Source: Acidimicrobiia bacterium
GTDB lineage: Bacteria; Actinomycetota; Acidimicrobiia; Spongiisociales; ZC4RG35
DNA length: 64,000 nt
Direction of reading: 5' to 3'
Assembly (NCBI GenBank): GCA_050741975.1
Contig: JBOGET010000043.1
Location: 14,935 to 78,934 of the forward strand
The position numbers and the translations under genes were made by a program. The stretch's first letter is position 1; each line of letters opens with the position of its first letter. Of this stretch, positions 1 through 8,745 are shown piece after piece. Under the pieces are notes generated by a model. The model was given only the letters and a program-made list of their open reading frames with translations, searched no databases and was not told the DNA's origin.

Positions 1-1005
1 GATGACCCGAATCCGGACCGAGTCACCGGGAATCGCGGTGACACCGTCCTGGAGATACTTCGGATTGAAGGCGATGGAGACCTCTTCCTCGGCACCGCTG
101 AACACACCGGGGAGATGCTCGGTCTCACCACCGACATCCTGACGGGTGACGGCCACCTCGACCCCGCCTTCGAGGAGCTTGAGCCTGACCGGGATGTGGT
201 CCTCAGCCACCAGGGTCACCCGCCCCAGCGCCTCAAGCAGGGACTCCTTGCTCAAGACAACTTGACTCGGGTAGCTCTCGGGGAGCAGCGACTGGTACTT
301 GGGGAAGTTTCCGTCGATCAGACGTAGCCGCAGCATCCCCTTGTCCGAGGTGAAGATCGCCTCCCGGTCCCTCAGCTGTGCGGTCACCTTGGCCGACCCG
401 ATCGACCGGGGCAGCTCCCTGAGCCCCCGAGCCGGGACCAGTCCTGTTCCCTCCAAACCCACCCCCCTCAACTCTCGTTTGGCCAAGCGATAAGAGTCGG
501 TGGCCACCATGCGCAACCCCGAGTCCGAACTCTCGAAGAGCACACCGGTGAGGATGGGTCGGGCCCCGTCCCCGGAGGCGGCGATCGTCACCTGGGCTAT
601 CGCCTCCGCCAGCTCCTCGCCGTCGACCTCGACCCCGTCGGCCACCACGTCCTCCTGAACCGGGAAGTCGTCGACCGTGAGCGGGCGAAGAGTGAAACGA
701 GGGCCATTGCCCTGGATCTCGATGTCGGTGTCGCTGACACCGATCGTGACCGCTCCCGAAGGCATCTTCCGCACCGCTTCCGAGAGAAGACGACCCGGGA
801 TCACCGCTCTCCCCTCCTCGATGACCTCGACCTCGGCCGTGGTGCGCACCGTGACGTCGAGGTCGGTGCCGGTCACCCGGAGTGTGGTTCCCGACACCTC
901 GCAGAGCAGTCCCTGAAGCACAGGCAAGGCGGTTCGGGCGCCCACCGCCCGGTTGGCTCGAGTGAGGACGTCGGCGAGGTCGTCTCGCTGCGCTCGGATT
1001 CTCAC
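1..1005 (-). CDS. dnaN: DNA polymerase III beta sliding clamp (N-terminal part; gene runs off the left edge)
   Basis: Not in the ORF track because its stop lies outside the window. Minus-strand translation from GTG at 1005 reads VRIRAQRDDLADVLTRANRAVGARTALPVLQGLLCEVSGTTLRVTGTDLDVTVRT..., a typical beta-clamp N-terminus. It lies directly downstream of dnaA. Confidence 0.85.
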   Translation of the reverse strand, partial: MRIRAQRDDLADVLTRANRAVGARTALPVLQGLLCEVSGTTLRVTGTDLDVTVRTTAEVEVIEEGRAVIPGRLLSEAVRKMPSGAVTIGVSDTDIEIQGNGPRFTLRPLTVDDFPVQEDVVADGVEVDGEELAEAIAQVTIAASGDGARPILTGVLFESSDSGLRMVATDSYRLAKRELRGVGLEGTGLVPARGLRELPRSIGSAKVTAQLRDREAIFTSDKGMLRLRLIDGNFPKYQSLLPESYPSQVVLSKESLLEALGRVTLVAEDHIPVRLKLLEGGVEVAVTRQDVGGETEHLPGVFSGAEEEVSIAFNPKYLQDGVTAIPGDSVRIRVI

Positions 1006-1177
1006 AGGTGGAGGTCCCTTCTTCTGCTGCTATTGAAGTTCATTTGAAGAGTATTAGAAGTAGTAGGGGGTTGTGGATTTGGGGATAACCCAGATTGTGG
1101 CATGTTTTGGCTGCCGTTTTCCATGTGCCCGGGCCTGTTGACGAATTGTGTGAAAACTCGGGTGCCCGGGGGAAAAC
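1006..1177. other. Candidate oriC unwinding region in the dnaA-dnaN spacer
   Basis: AT-rich stretch 1031-1066, tattgaagttcatttgaagagtattagaagtagtag, has about 10 G/C in 36 nt by my count in an otherwise GC-rich sequence, with three (a/t)ttgaag-like repeats. DnaA-box-like 9-mers at 1072-1080 (tgtggattt) and 1080-1088 (tggggataa). A perfect tgtggataa at 1187-1195 lies just inside the dnaA 3' end. Confidence 0.55.
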
Positions 1178-2590
1178 TCAGACGCGTGTGGATAAGACCC
1201 CACCTTTCCTCAGGTCCTGTGTGAGTTGAGTCACCCGGTCGAAAACGGCACGATCTGAGCGGAGGATCTTCTTCACCTTCTCGACGGAGTGCAGGACCGT
1301 GGTGTGGTCACGTTGGAACTGCTCGCCGATCTTGGGGAGGGACAGGTCGGTCAGCTCGCGACAGAGATACATCGAGATCTGTCGGCACAGGACCAACGGC
1401 TGGCGCCGGCTCGGGCTGAGCACGTCTTCCACGGTGAAGCCGTATGCGGAGGCGGTGGCCCGAATGATGGTGTCCGGGCCCAGCGGCGCCAGCTCCTCGG
1501 TGGTGACTATGTCACGAAGCACTCTTTCGGCTGTCTCGAGGTCGATGTCGCGCCGGTTGAGTGCGGACCAGGCGGTGACCCGGGTCAGTGCGCCCTCGAG
1601 CTCGCGGATGTTGTCGGAGACGAGACCTGCGATGTGCTCCAGCACCTCAAGTGGTACCGGACGGGGGGCGAACTCGGCGTTCCTCCTCAGGATGGCGAGA
1701 CGCGTTTCGACGTCCGGGGGCTGGATGTCGGTGAGGAGGCCCCACTCGAACCGGCTACGGAGACGATCCTCGAGCGAAGACAGGTTGCGCGGGTGGCGAT
1801 CAGAGCTGATGACCATCTGCTTACCGGATTCGTACAGTGAATTGAAGGTGTGGAAGAACTCTTCGAGGATCTGCTCCTTGCCCTCGAAGAACTGCACGTC
1901 GTCGAGGAGCAGGATGTCCACGCCCCGATAACGGTGCTTGAAGTCGTCGGGGCGCTTGCGCCGGATCGAGTCGATGAAGTCGTTGAGGAAGTTCTCCGAC
2001 GACACATAACGCACCACCAGGTTGGGATACATCTCGAGTGCCTCGTGGCCTACGGCGTTGAGGAGGTGGGTCTTGCCCAGACCGGCGCCGCCGTAGATAA
2101 AGAGCGGGTTGTAATGGGCGCCGGGTTGCTCGGCTACCGCCATCGCCGCCGCCCAGGCGAAACGATTGGACTGGCCGACGACGAAACTCTCGAATCGATA
2201 GCGTGAGATGAGGTTGGTGGCCGGGGATCCTCCGTCCCCCCCGAATGTGGTGTGCCGGTGCGGGTCGCGCCGATCCGGCTCGTCTCCGGCCTGGCCGAGG
2301 GGCAGGGTCTGCTCGGTGGTCGTCTCCCGCTCGACGACCCTGTAACGGGGCCGGGTTTCGAGTCCGAAGACGTCCCGATAAGCGGCCTCGATCAGCTCCC
2401 CGTGCTTGTCACGGACCCAGCGCAGATGGAACTCGCTCGGGGCGATGAGAGTCGGAGCGGTGTCCCCGGCGAATTCCGGCTCGATCCGAGATAGCCAGGT
2501 GTCCCAGTTTCCCTTCGACACCCCAGCTCGCAACACGTCTTGAAATCGGCCCCAGTCGCCCGGCGCCTCATATTCTTGTACCAAGACCAC
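1178..2590 (-). CDS. dnaA: Chromosomal replication initiator DnaA
   Basis: ORF 1178..2629. Walker A GGAGLGKTHLL, the AAA+ region and the C-terminal DNA-binding helix (RQISMYLCRELTDLSLPKIGEQF..DHTTVLHS) are present. Start trimmed to GTG 2590 (or TTG 2584) just after aggagga; the track start at 2629 would put DnaA boxes inside the CDS. Confidence 0.93.
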   Translation of the reverse strand: MVLVQEYEAPGDWGRFQDVLRAGVSKGNWDTWLSRIEPEFAGDTAPTLIAPSEFHLRWVRDKHGELIEAAYRDVFGLETRPRYRVVERETTTEQTLPLGQAGDEPDRRDPHRHTTFGGDGGSPATNLISRYRFESFVVGQSNRFAWAAAMAVAEQPGAHYNPLFIYGGAGLGKTHLLNAVGHEALEMYPNLVVRYVSSENFLNDFIDSIRRKRPDDFKHRYRGVDILLLDDVQFFEGKEQILEEFFHTFNSLYESGKQMVISSDRHPRNLSSLEDRLRSRFEWGLLTDIQPPDVETRLAILRRNAEFAPRPVPLEVLEHIAGLVSDNIRELEGALTRVTAWSALNRRDIDLETAERVLRDIVTTEELAPLGPDTIIRATASAYGFTVEDVLSPSRRQPLVLCRQISMYLCRELTDLSLPKIGEQFQRDHTTVLHSVEKVKKILRSDRAVFDRVTQLTQDLRKGGVLSTRV

Positions 2591-2607
2591 TCCTCCTACC
2601 GGAAAGG

Positions 2608-2869
2608 TTGTCCACAGATCCATCCACATCTGTGGAAAGGACTGTGAACATCCGCCGGGACAATCCCTTCAGCTTGTCACCGAGAGCGGTCCAGCCGTCC
2701 GGGGACGGACTGAGGAAGTCGAGCACGCTCCCAAAGTCAAGGCGGGCGAGTATCGACCGCCGATCGCGGCCCCGTCAAGAACGCGAGAATCGACGCTGTG
2801 GAAGAGTCATGGCACTTCTTTCCACAGAAAAAACCCTGGTGGGGTAAGGTTTTTCCAATCTCTTCCACG
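2608..2869. promoter_or_regulatory. DnaA-box cluster upstream of dnaA (dnaA-rpmH intergenic region)
   Basis: TTGTCCACA at 2608-2616, ccatccaca at 2620-2628, tgtggaaag at 2631-2639, tgtggaaga at 2797-2805, ctttccaca at 2818-2826, tcttccacg at 2861-2869. All match the TTNTCCACA / TGTGGANAA box type. Confidence 0.6.
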
Positions 2870-3053
2870 GGTTTTTGGGCTGCTTGAGCCGTCACGACGG
2901 CCTGGCATTCTTTTCGCGAGCTATCTGGATTCTTCGCGACTCTCGGTAACAGGACGGTCTCCAAGGCGCGGGCGGTCCGCAGTTCGGACTTTGACATAGC
3001 TCAATGGGGATTCGTAACCTGTCCCGACTCACCTTCTACCCCCTTTTTTTGTG

Positions 3054-3188
3054 ATGAAGAGGACTTATCAACCCAAGGTTCGAAGACGAAAGCGTCGTCA
3101 CGGCTTCCGTCATCGCATGCAGACCCGGGCCGGTCGCGGAATAGTCAAGTCGCGTCGTCTCAAGGGTCGGAAGCGTCTCGCTGCCTGA
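3054..3188 (+). CDS. rpmH: 50S ribosomal protein L34
   Basis: 44-aa ORF below the track cutoff: [44 protein letters not shown]. Canonical position divergent from dnaA. Confidence 0.92.
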   Translation: MKRTYQPKVRRRKRRHGFRHRMQTRAGRGIVKSRRLKGRKRLAA

Positions 3189-3225
3189 CTTCGAATCGCT
3201 TCGTTCCCCGCGTGATTATCGAAGG

Positions 3226-3504
3226 GTGCTGAAGGAAGGGACAAGACGCCGCTCCGGTGGCGTGGTGATGGTGGAATGCTCCGGTCAACCGGGGGTGTCA
3301 CGAGTCGGGCTCGTAGTCTCGAGGAGCACCGGCAATGCGGTCACCCGGAACCGGGTGAAACGCCGTCTTCGACACTCCCTCCGGGGAGTGCGACTGAAAC
3401 CAGGAACGGATTACGTGATCATCGGCACCAGCCAGGTAGCAGATGCCCCGCAACCCCAACTGATGGGGTGGCTGGAGCGCGCCCTGGGAGAGACCGATGC
3501 CTGA
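3226..3504 (+). CDS. rnpA: Ribonuclease P protein component
   Basis: ORF 3226..3504 (GTG start) with the basic motif NRVKRRLRH. RnpA-like sequence ([16 protein letters not shown]) continues in frame upstream to 3181 with no ATG/GTG/TTG, so the true start is uncertain. Confidence 0.8.
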   Translation: MLKEGTRRRSGGVVMVECSGQPGVSRVGLVVSRSTGNAVTRNRVKRRLRHSLRGVRLKPGTDYVIIGTSQVADAPQPQLMGWLERALGETDA

Positions 3505-3745
3505 GAGCGTCTTCCGACCCCGCGGTCTGGCGGTCGGTCTGATCCGTATTTACCAGAAATTGGTAAGTTCCAACCTGAGCGTCAACTGCCGGTACCAGCC
3601 GACCTGCTCCCATTACACCGCCGAGGCGATCAACCGATTTGGTGTGTTTCGTGGCAGCTGGCTGGGGGTGAAGCGGATCGCTCGATGTCATCCACTTCGT
3701 CCCGGCGGCTACGACCCGGTGCCTGAGACCTGGAGAGCTCACTGA
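3497..3745 (+). CDS. yidD: Membrane protein insertion efficiency factor YidD
   Basis: Motifs YQ..S......CRY.PTCSHYT and RC.P...GGYDPVP. Lies between rnpA and yidC. Confidence 0.9.
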   Translation: MPESVFRPRGLAVGLIRIYQKLVSSNLSVNCRYQPTCSHYTAEAINRFGVFRGSWLGVKRIARCHPLRPGGYDPVPETWRAH

Positions 3746-4602
3746 TGGGCGAGCTGTTCGATCTGTTGATCAGTGGTTTGGGCTCGATCCTCGGGTTCTT
3801 CTACAACCTGCTCGATGGCATGAGCGAGGGGGTGGCCCTCGGGTTTGCGATCATCCTGCTCACCATCTTCATCAACCTCGTGGTGTTTCCCCTCACTCTG
3901 AAACAGACCAGGGCAACCCGGGCCTTCACCGAGATCCAACCCGAGATAAAACGGATCCAGAAGGAGTACAAGGACGAGCCCCAGGAGATGCAAAAACGTC
4001 TCATGGAGTTGCAGAAATCGGCCGGCGCCACCCCGGGCGGGTGTCTCCTCCCACTGCTCATCCAGATGCCGATCTGGTTTGCCCTGTTCCGTCTTCTCCA
4101 GACACCCCTCCAATATCTGGATGCGGAGAGCGCCCTCGGCATCGCCCTGCAGGACGGCACCGCCGAGAAGTTCCTCGGGATGGATCTGAGTGTGAGCCCG
4201 AGCGGGGTCATCGGCAGCGGGTTTCTGACGGCGCTTCCTTATCTGATCATGATCGCCCTGATGGTGGTCACCCAGTATGTGCAGCAATGGCATTCCACCT
4301 ATGGTCAGGAGCGTCCCGCAGGTCAGCCCGGGGCCGGGGCGCAGCAGGCGATCACCAAGATCATGCCGTTGTTCATCGGCTTCATCTCGTGGAATTTCCC
4401 GGCCGGTCTCATCCTCTACTGGGCCACCGGGAACCTGTTCCGTCTCGGCCAGCAGGCATTGATCTTCAAGATCGACGGGCGCCCCAACCCCATGGGAAAG
4501 AACATCGAGGGGTCGAAACAGGTCGACGACCCCGACGCCAGCGAGACGAAGAAGCCGCAGCCAGGCGCCGGGAACAAGCGCCGTCGGCGCAGGAGGAGGT
4601 GA
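3745..4602 (+). CDS. yidC: Membrane protein insertase YidC
   Basis: ORF 3745..4602, polytopic, with a basic C-terminal tail (KRRRRRRR). TGATG overlap with yidD and conserved operon position. Confidence 0.9.
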   Translation: MGELFDLLISGLGSILGFFYNLLDGMSEGVALGFAIILLTIFINLVVFPLTLKQTRATRAFTEIQPEIKRIQKEYKDEPQEMQKRLMELQKSAGATPGGCLLPLLIQMPIWFALFRLLQTPLQYLDAESALGIALQDGTAEKFLGMDLSVSPSGVIGSGFLTALPYLIMIALMVVTQYVQQWHSTYGQERPAGQPGAGAQQAITKIMPLFIGFISWNFPAGLILYWATGNLFRLGQQALIFKIDGRPNPMGKNIEGSKQVDDPDASETKKPQPGAGNKRRRRRRR

Positions 4603-4603
4603 C

Positions 4604-5455
4604 GTGAGTTACGTCGAGATCGAGGTCAGGGCCAAGACGGTTGACCTGGCGGTGGAGGCAGCCATGCAAGAGCTGGGGGTGGAGGACCGCGACCAGCTGG
4701 CGGTGGAGGTGATCCAACAGCCGGAGAAAGGGTTTCTCGGGATCGGTGGTCAGGACGCGGTGGTGAGGGTCAAACGTCGCCGGAGCCGGCGACGTCGTGA
4801 GCGGAAGAAGGAGACCAGGACCCAGAGCTCGGACCGTGTTTCCAAGCAAAGAGCCCAGGGTTCGGCTAAGAATGGTGACCGCAATCAGCGGGGTCAGCGA
4901 AGTCAGCCCCGGAACAGGGGTCGCCACATGAGTCAACAGGGAGACAGAGGAGAGCCCAAGGTCGACGATCGTCCCGAGATGTCGATCGAAGAGCAGGCTC
5001 GTATCGCCGCCCAGTTCCTGGAAGGGCTGGTCGACGCCTTCGGTCTTGAGGGCACGGTGTCGACCCAGATCGAAGACGACGTCATCGTGGCAGATGTGGA
5101 CGGAGAACAGACCGAGGCACTGGTAGGAATTCGAGGCTCGGTCCGCTCCGCCATCCATGAGTTGACCCGTACCGTCATGCAGCGTTACGCCCATGACACC
5201 GCCCGTCTCCGGCTCGATATCGCCGGGTATGCCGAGAGACGACGCCAAGCCCTGACCATCTACGCCGAGCGTCTCATCGACCAACTGCTGGAGGAAGGTG
5301 GGGAGATCATGTTGGAGCCGATGAGCCCCGCTGATCGAAAGGTGATCCATGACGCCGCCGCCGCCCGTGACGGGGTCAACTCCTATTCGGAGGGTGAGTC
5401 CCCCCGTCGTTACGTGGTCCTCACCGCCACCGCCGCCAACGAGGAAGAGGAATAG
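4604..5455 (+). CDS. khpB: RNA-binding protein Jag/KhpB (KH + R3H domains)
   Basis: ORF 4604..5455. Jag_N-like N-terminus, a basic linker and a C-terminal R3H-like region (MSPADRKVIHD...SYSEGE.P.R.VV). Conserved position after yidC. Confidence 0.8.
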   Translation: MSYVEIEVRAKTVDLAVEAAMQELGVEDRDQLAVEVIQQPEKGFLGIGGQDAVVRVKRRRSRRRRERKKETRTQSSDRVSKQRAQGSAKNGDRNQRGQRSQPRNRGRHMSQQGDRGEPKVDDRPEMSIEEQARIAAQFLEGLVDAFGLEGTVSTQIEDDVIVADVDGEQTEALVGIRGSVRSAIHELTRTVMQRYAHDTARLRLDIAGYAERRRQALTIYAERLIDQLLEEGGEIMLEPMSPADRKVIHDAAAARDGVNSYSEGESPRRYVVLTATAANEEEE

Positions 5456-5527
5456 GCAGAGGGGTGCGCTCGAGGCGGACCCGTCAACATGCCAACAGGT
5501 GCCAGGGTGCTCCACCACCCGGTACCT

Positions 5528-5543
5528 TGTTTCACGTGGAACC
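5528..5543. promoter_or_regulatory. parS-like site (14/16 match to tGTTTCACGTGAAACa)
   Basis: tgtttcacgtggaacc: the left half is perfect and the right half has 2 mismatches. It overlaps the putative rsmG GTG start. Confidence 0.45.
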
Positions 5544-6141
5544 TTCATCCGTCATCTGGGTCCGCTGTTGTGAATGGGCCGGTCTCCATCCGACCGACAC
5601 TCAACTCACCCGTCTCGCCCGTTATCGGGACTGGTTGTTGACCGAGGCAGTCGAGGCCGGGGGGGTGGGGCCCAATGAGTCAGAACGGATCGACAATCGA
5701 CACATCGGGGACTCGTTGCTGTTTGCCGGTGGTTTCGATGTCACACCGACCCAAGTCCTGGATGTTGGCTCGGGTGTTGGTCTACCCGGGATACCCCTCA
5801 GCATCGTCCTCCCCGACACCTCTTTTGTCCTCCTCGATCGCTCTGGTCGTCGGGTGGAGCTGATGAGACGGGTCTCGAGGGTTCTCGATCTGCCCAATGT
5901 CCAGGTGGTACTTGGGGATATCAGCGACTGGCAGACAACCATGGATGGGATCGTGTCCCGGGCCGGTTTCTCCCCGGATAAGGCGACGACCATCTTCACC
6001 CGTCTCCTCAAACCGGGGGGGACTGCGGTGATCGGTGGCTCCTGGTCCTCGCCGCCGGTGGTGACCGGGTTCGATCTGCTCGAGGTGCCGGTCACGGTCC
6101 TTGACCAAAGGGTTTGGCTTCTTATCATGCGACCCCTGTGA
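5536..6141 (+). CDS. rsmG: 16S rRNA (guanine527-N7)-methyltransferase
   Basis: ORF 5464..6141. Motifs HIGDSLL and VLDVGSGVGLPGIPL (SAM binding). Start placed at in-frame GTG 5536; 5464 is possible. Confidence 0.85.
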   Translation: MEPSSVIWVRCCEWAGLHPTDTQLTRLARYRDWLLTEAVEAGGVGPNESERIDNRHIGDSLLFAGGFDVTPTQVLDVGSGVGLPGIPLSIVLPDTSFVLLDRSGRRVELMRRVSRVLDLPNVQVVLGDISDWQTTMDGIVSRAGFSPDKATTIFTRLLKPGGTAVIGGSWSSPPVVTGFDLLEVPVTVLDQRVWLLIMRPL

Positions 6142-6146
6142 GCAAG

Positions 6147-6920
6147 ATGCGCCCTCTCGTTGTCGCGCTGGCCAATCAGAAGGGTGGTGTCGGCAAATCG
6201 ACCACTGCGATCAATCTCGCCGCCGCCCTGGCCTTTCAAGGACAACGGACGCTTCTCGTCGATCTCGACCCCCAGGGAAATGCCACCAGTGGTCTTGGCA
6301 TCGATCGATCCGCCATCACCACGTCCATCTATGACGTGCTGCTCAAAGAGGCGGATGTTGACGACTCTATCGAGCCCACCTCGGTGCGGGATCTGTTCTT
6401 GATACCGGCCACCATCGATCTGGCCGGGGCCGAGATCGAGTTGGTGTCGCTGTTTTCACGTGAAACCCGACTCCGTACCGCCATCAGCCATATCGACCAG
6501 AGATTTGATGTGATCTTGGTCGATTGCCCACCATCGTTGGGTTTGCTCACGGTGAATGCGTTCACCGCCGCCGATCAGGTGCTGATCCCCATCCAGTGTG
6601 AGTACTACGCCCTGGAGGGTCTGAGCCAGTTGTTGCGAAATGTGCAACTGGTCACCGTCAACCTCAACCCGCACTTGAAGGTTGGTGGGGTGGTGCTCAC
6701 CATGTACGACGGGAGGACCAAGTTGTCCAAGGATGTGGCCCAACAGGTTCGCGATCACTTTGGGAACGACACCTATCGAACGGTGATCCCGCGCTCGGTT
6801 CGTCTCTCCGAGGCTCCCTCCTATGGGGAGCCGATCGAGGCCTTCGACCCGATGAGTCGGGGGGCCATCGCCTACCGCCAATTGGGACGCGAGTTCATCG
6901 AACGACACGGATTGAGCTAG
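6147..6920 (+). CDS. parA: Chromosome partitioning ATPase ParA/Soj
   Basis: ORF 6114..6920 with deviant Walker A KGGVGKST. Start at ATG 6147 (MRPLVVALANQKGGVGK); GTG 6138, overlapping the rsmG stop, is an alternative. Confidence 0.92.
   Translation: MRPLVVALANQKGGVGKSTTAINLAAALAFQGQRTLLVDLDPQGNATSGLGIDRSAITTSIYDVLLKEADVDDSIEPTSVRDLFLIPATIDLAGAEIELVSLFSRETRLRTAISHIDQRFDVILVDCPPSLGLLTVNAFTAADQVLIPIQCEYYALEGLSQLLRNVQLVTVNLNPHLKVGGVVLTMYDGRTKLSKDVAQQVRDHFGNDTYRTVIPRSVRLSEAPSYGEPIEAFDPMSRGAIAYRQLGREFIERHGLS
6452..6467. promoter_or_regulatory. parS-like site (13/16) inside parA
   Basis: gttttcacgtgaaacc, a CACGTG-centred palindrome. Confidence 0.35.
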
Positions 6921-6924
6921 GAGG

Positions 6925-7785
6925 ATGGAGATGACGACGAGACGCACGGGTCTGGGCCGGGGTCTGGAGTCACTGATCCCGATCGATCCGACCCCGACCC
7001 AACCCGGGGGTTACCAGGAGATACCGGTAGATCAGATAAGGGTCAACCCGGATCAGCCCAGGTCCCGATTCGATGACGAGTCACTCGAAGAGATGGCAGC
7101 CTCGATGAAGGAGGTCGGGGTCCTGCAGCCGATCGTGGTGACCGTGGGGGATCAGGGTTTTGTGCTCATCGCCGGGGAGAGACGGTGGCGGGCCGCAAAA
7201 CGTGCCGGTCTCACCGAGATCCCGGCCGTGGTCCGGGAAGCCACCGGTCGACCGACCCTGGTCGAGGCCCTGATCGAGAACGTGCAACGTCAGGATCTGA
7301 CCCCACTCGAGGAAGCTCACGCCTACCAGCAACTTCTGGAAAATTATGGAATGACGCAGGAACAGGTGGCGGTTCGGGTGGGGAAGTCGAGACCGTCGAT
7401 CTCGAACACGCTTCGTCTTCTTCAACTGCCGGAGCCGGTGCAGGAGATGGTCGACGCCGGCGAGTTGTCCGCCGGTCACGCCCGGGCCCTGGTCGGTTTG
7501 GAGGACGCCGCATATGCCACCCATCTCGCCGGTCGGGCTGTCGACGAGGGATTGAGCGTCCGTCAGATCGAGGAGGCGGTGCGGGTGCGGAAGGGAGCGA
7601 GGAGGAACACCCCGACCGGGGTGCGCCAACTGCGGCCGGTGGAGATAATCGAGTTGGAGAAGCGTCTCACCGATCACCTCGGCTCACCGGTGAAGATCAA
7701 CTACAGGAACGAGAAGGGAAAGGTCGAGATTCGGTTCGGCTCGCTGGCCGAGTTGGAGCGTCTCTACCGGATTTTCAGCGAGTAG
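6925..7785 (+). CDS. parB: Chromosome partitioning protein ParB/Spo0J
   Basis: ParB box GERRWRAA and the HTH region (TQEQVAVRVGKSRPSISNTLRLL). Follows parA. Confidence 0.93.
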   Translation: MEMTTRRTGLGRGLESLIPIDPTPTQPGGYQEIPVDQIRVNPDQPRSRFDDESLEEMAASMKEVGVLQPIVVTVGDQGFVLIAGERRWRAAKRAGLTEIPAVVREATGRPTLVEALIENVQRQDLTPLEEAHAYQQLLENYGMTQEQVAVRVGKSRPSISNTLRLLQLPEPVQEMVDAGELSAGHARALVGLEDAAYATHLAGRAVDEGLSVRQIEEAVRVRKGARRNTPTGVRQLRPVEIIELEKRLTDHLGSPVKINYRNEKGKVEIRFGSLAELERLYRIFSE

Positions 7786-8743
7786 CGGCGGCGTTGGCGA
7801 AGAACTCGGTGAGCCCGTCGGCGACGGCGTATCCAACCTCTTCATCCAGCTTGCCTCGGGACACCACGACCGCAGGAGCCCTGGTCTCCCTGAGCATGGC
7901 GCTGGCTCGACCCTCCACCTTGCCTCCGGCGACCGAGGCGATGGATCGGGCCAAGAGCTCACCTGCGGCCGAGGTACCGTGCTCGGAGGCGAAGTAGAAT
8001 ACGGAATCCTCCCCGTCCGGGTTGAGCTGGAAGGCAACGATCAGATCTGAGCCGAGGACGTTGGCCCGGCGTGCCCGTAGTCGTTCCGGCAGCGACCGAT
8101 CCTGTGACCGGGACATGACCGGGAGACCGCCGAGCTCCTGGAGAACGAGGGCTGCGGCCGACGCTGCATCCCAGGCGACCGAGCTCTCATGGGCATCGCG
8201 ACACCCGGCGTCGAGATAGACACGGGCGCCGGCCACGGTGGGGGGCAACCGCCGAAGCCACTCCCTCTCTCGCACCGCCTGTCTTCCTTCCTTCATCTCG
8301 CCCCGGGTGACCAGGTGGATCTCGGTCACGACCTCGGGACCAGCTTTTCCATCTTCTGCCAGATTGCGGTTGTGTTGGAAGTCGAGGACCGCCTGTTCCG
8401 TCTTGGGTCCGAAGATCCCGTCCACCTTCCCCACGTCGAAGCCGAGCGAGCTGAGACGGGACTGGATCTCGGAGACGTCCTCCCCACGCATCATCGGCCG
8501 GCGCAGGAACAGCATCCGGTCTCCGAGCCGATACCCCGCCTCGTAGAGGGACCGCCAGGTGTCGGGCCCCACTATTCCGTCTACGTTGAGGCCCCTGGCC
8601 TTCTGAAACCCACGCACCGCCTCACGGGTGCCGTCGGCGAACACCGATCGGATGTCCGGGTCGGAGGGGTAGCCCAGGGCGTCGAGACGATCCTGGATGT
8701 CCCGCACCGCAGCTCCCTCGTCACCGACCCGGTAGAGACGCAT
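7775..8743 (-). CDS. cwlM: CwlM-like protein: two peptidoglycan-binding repeats plus an amidase_3-like domain
   Basis: Two PG_binding_1-type repeats (G..V..IQ..L..LGY...DG.FG..T..AV..FQ) followed by an amidase_3-like C-terminal domain. Same position next to trxA/trxB as cwlM in mycobacteria. Expected Zn-ligand positions look substituted (see findings). Confidence 0.75.
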   Translation of the reverse strand: MRLYRVGDEGAAVRDIQDRLDALGYPSDPDIRSVFADGTREAVRGFQKARGLNVDGIVGPDTWRSLYEAGYRLGDRMLFLRRPMMRGEDVSEIQSRLSSLGFDVGKVDGIFGPKTEQAVLDFQHNRNLAEDGKAGPEVVTEIHLVTRGEMKEGRQAVREREWLRRLPPTVAGARVYLDAGCRDAHESSVAWDAASAAALVLQELGGLPVMSRSQDRSLPERLRARRANVLGSDLIVAFQLNPDGEDSVFYFASEHGTSAAGELLARSIASVAGGKVEGRASAMLRETRAPAVVVSRGKLDEEVGYAVADGLTEFFANAAATR

Positions 8744-8745
8744 CT

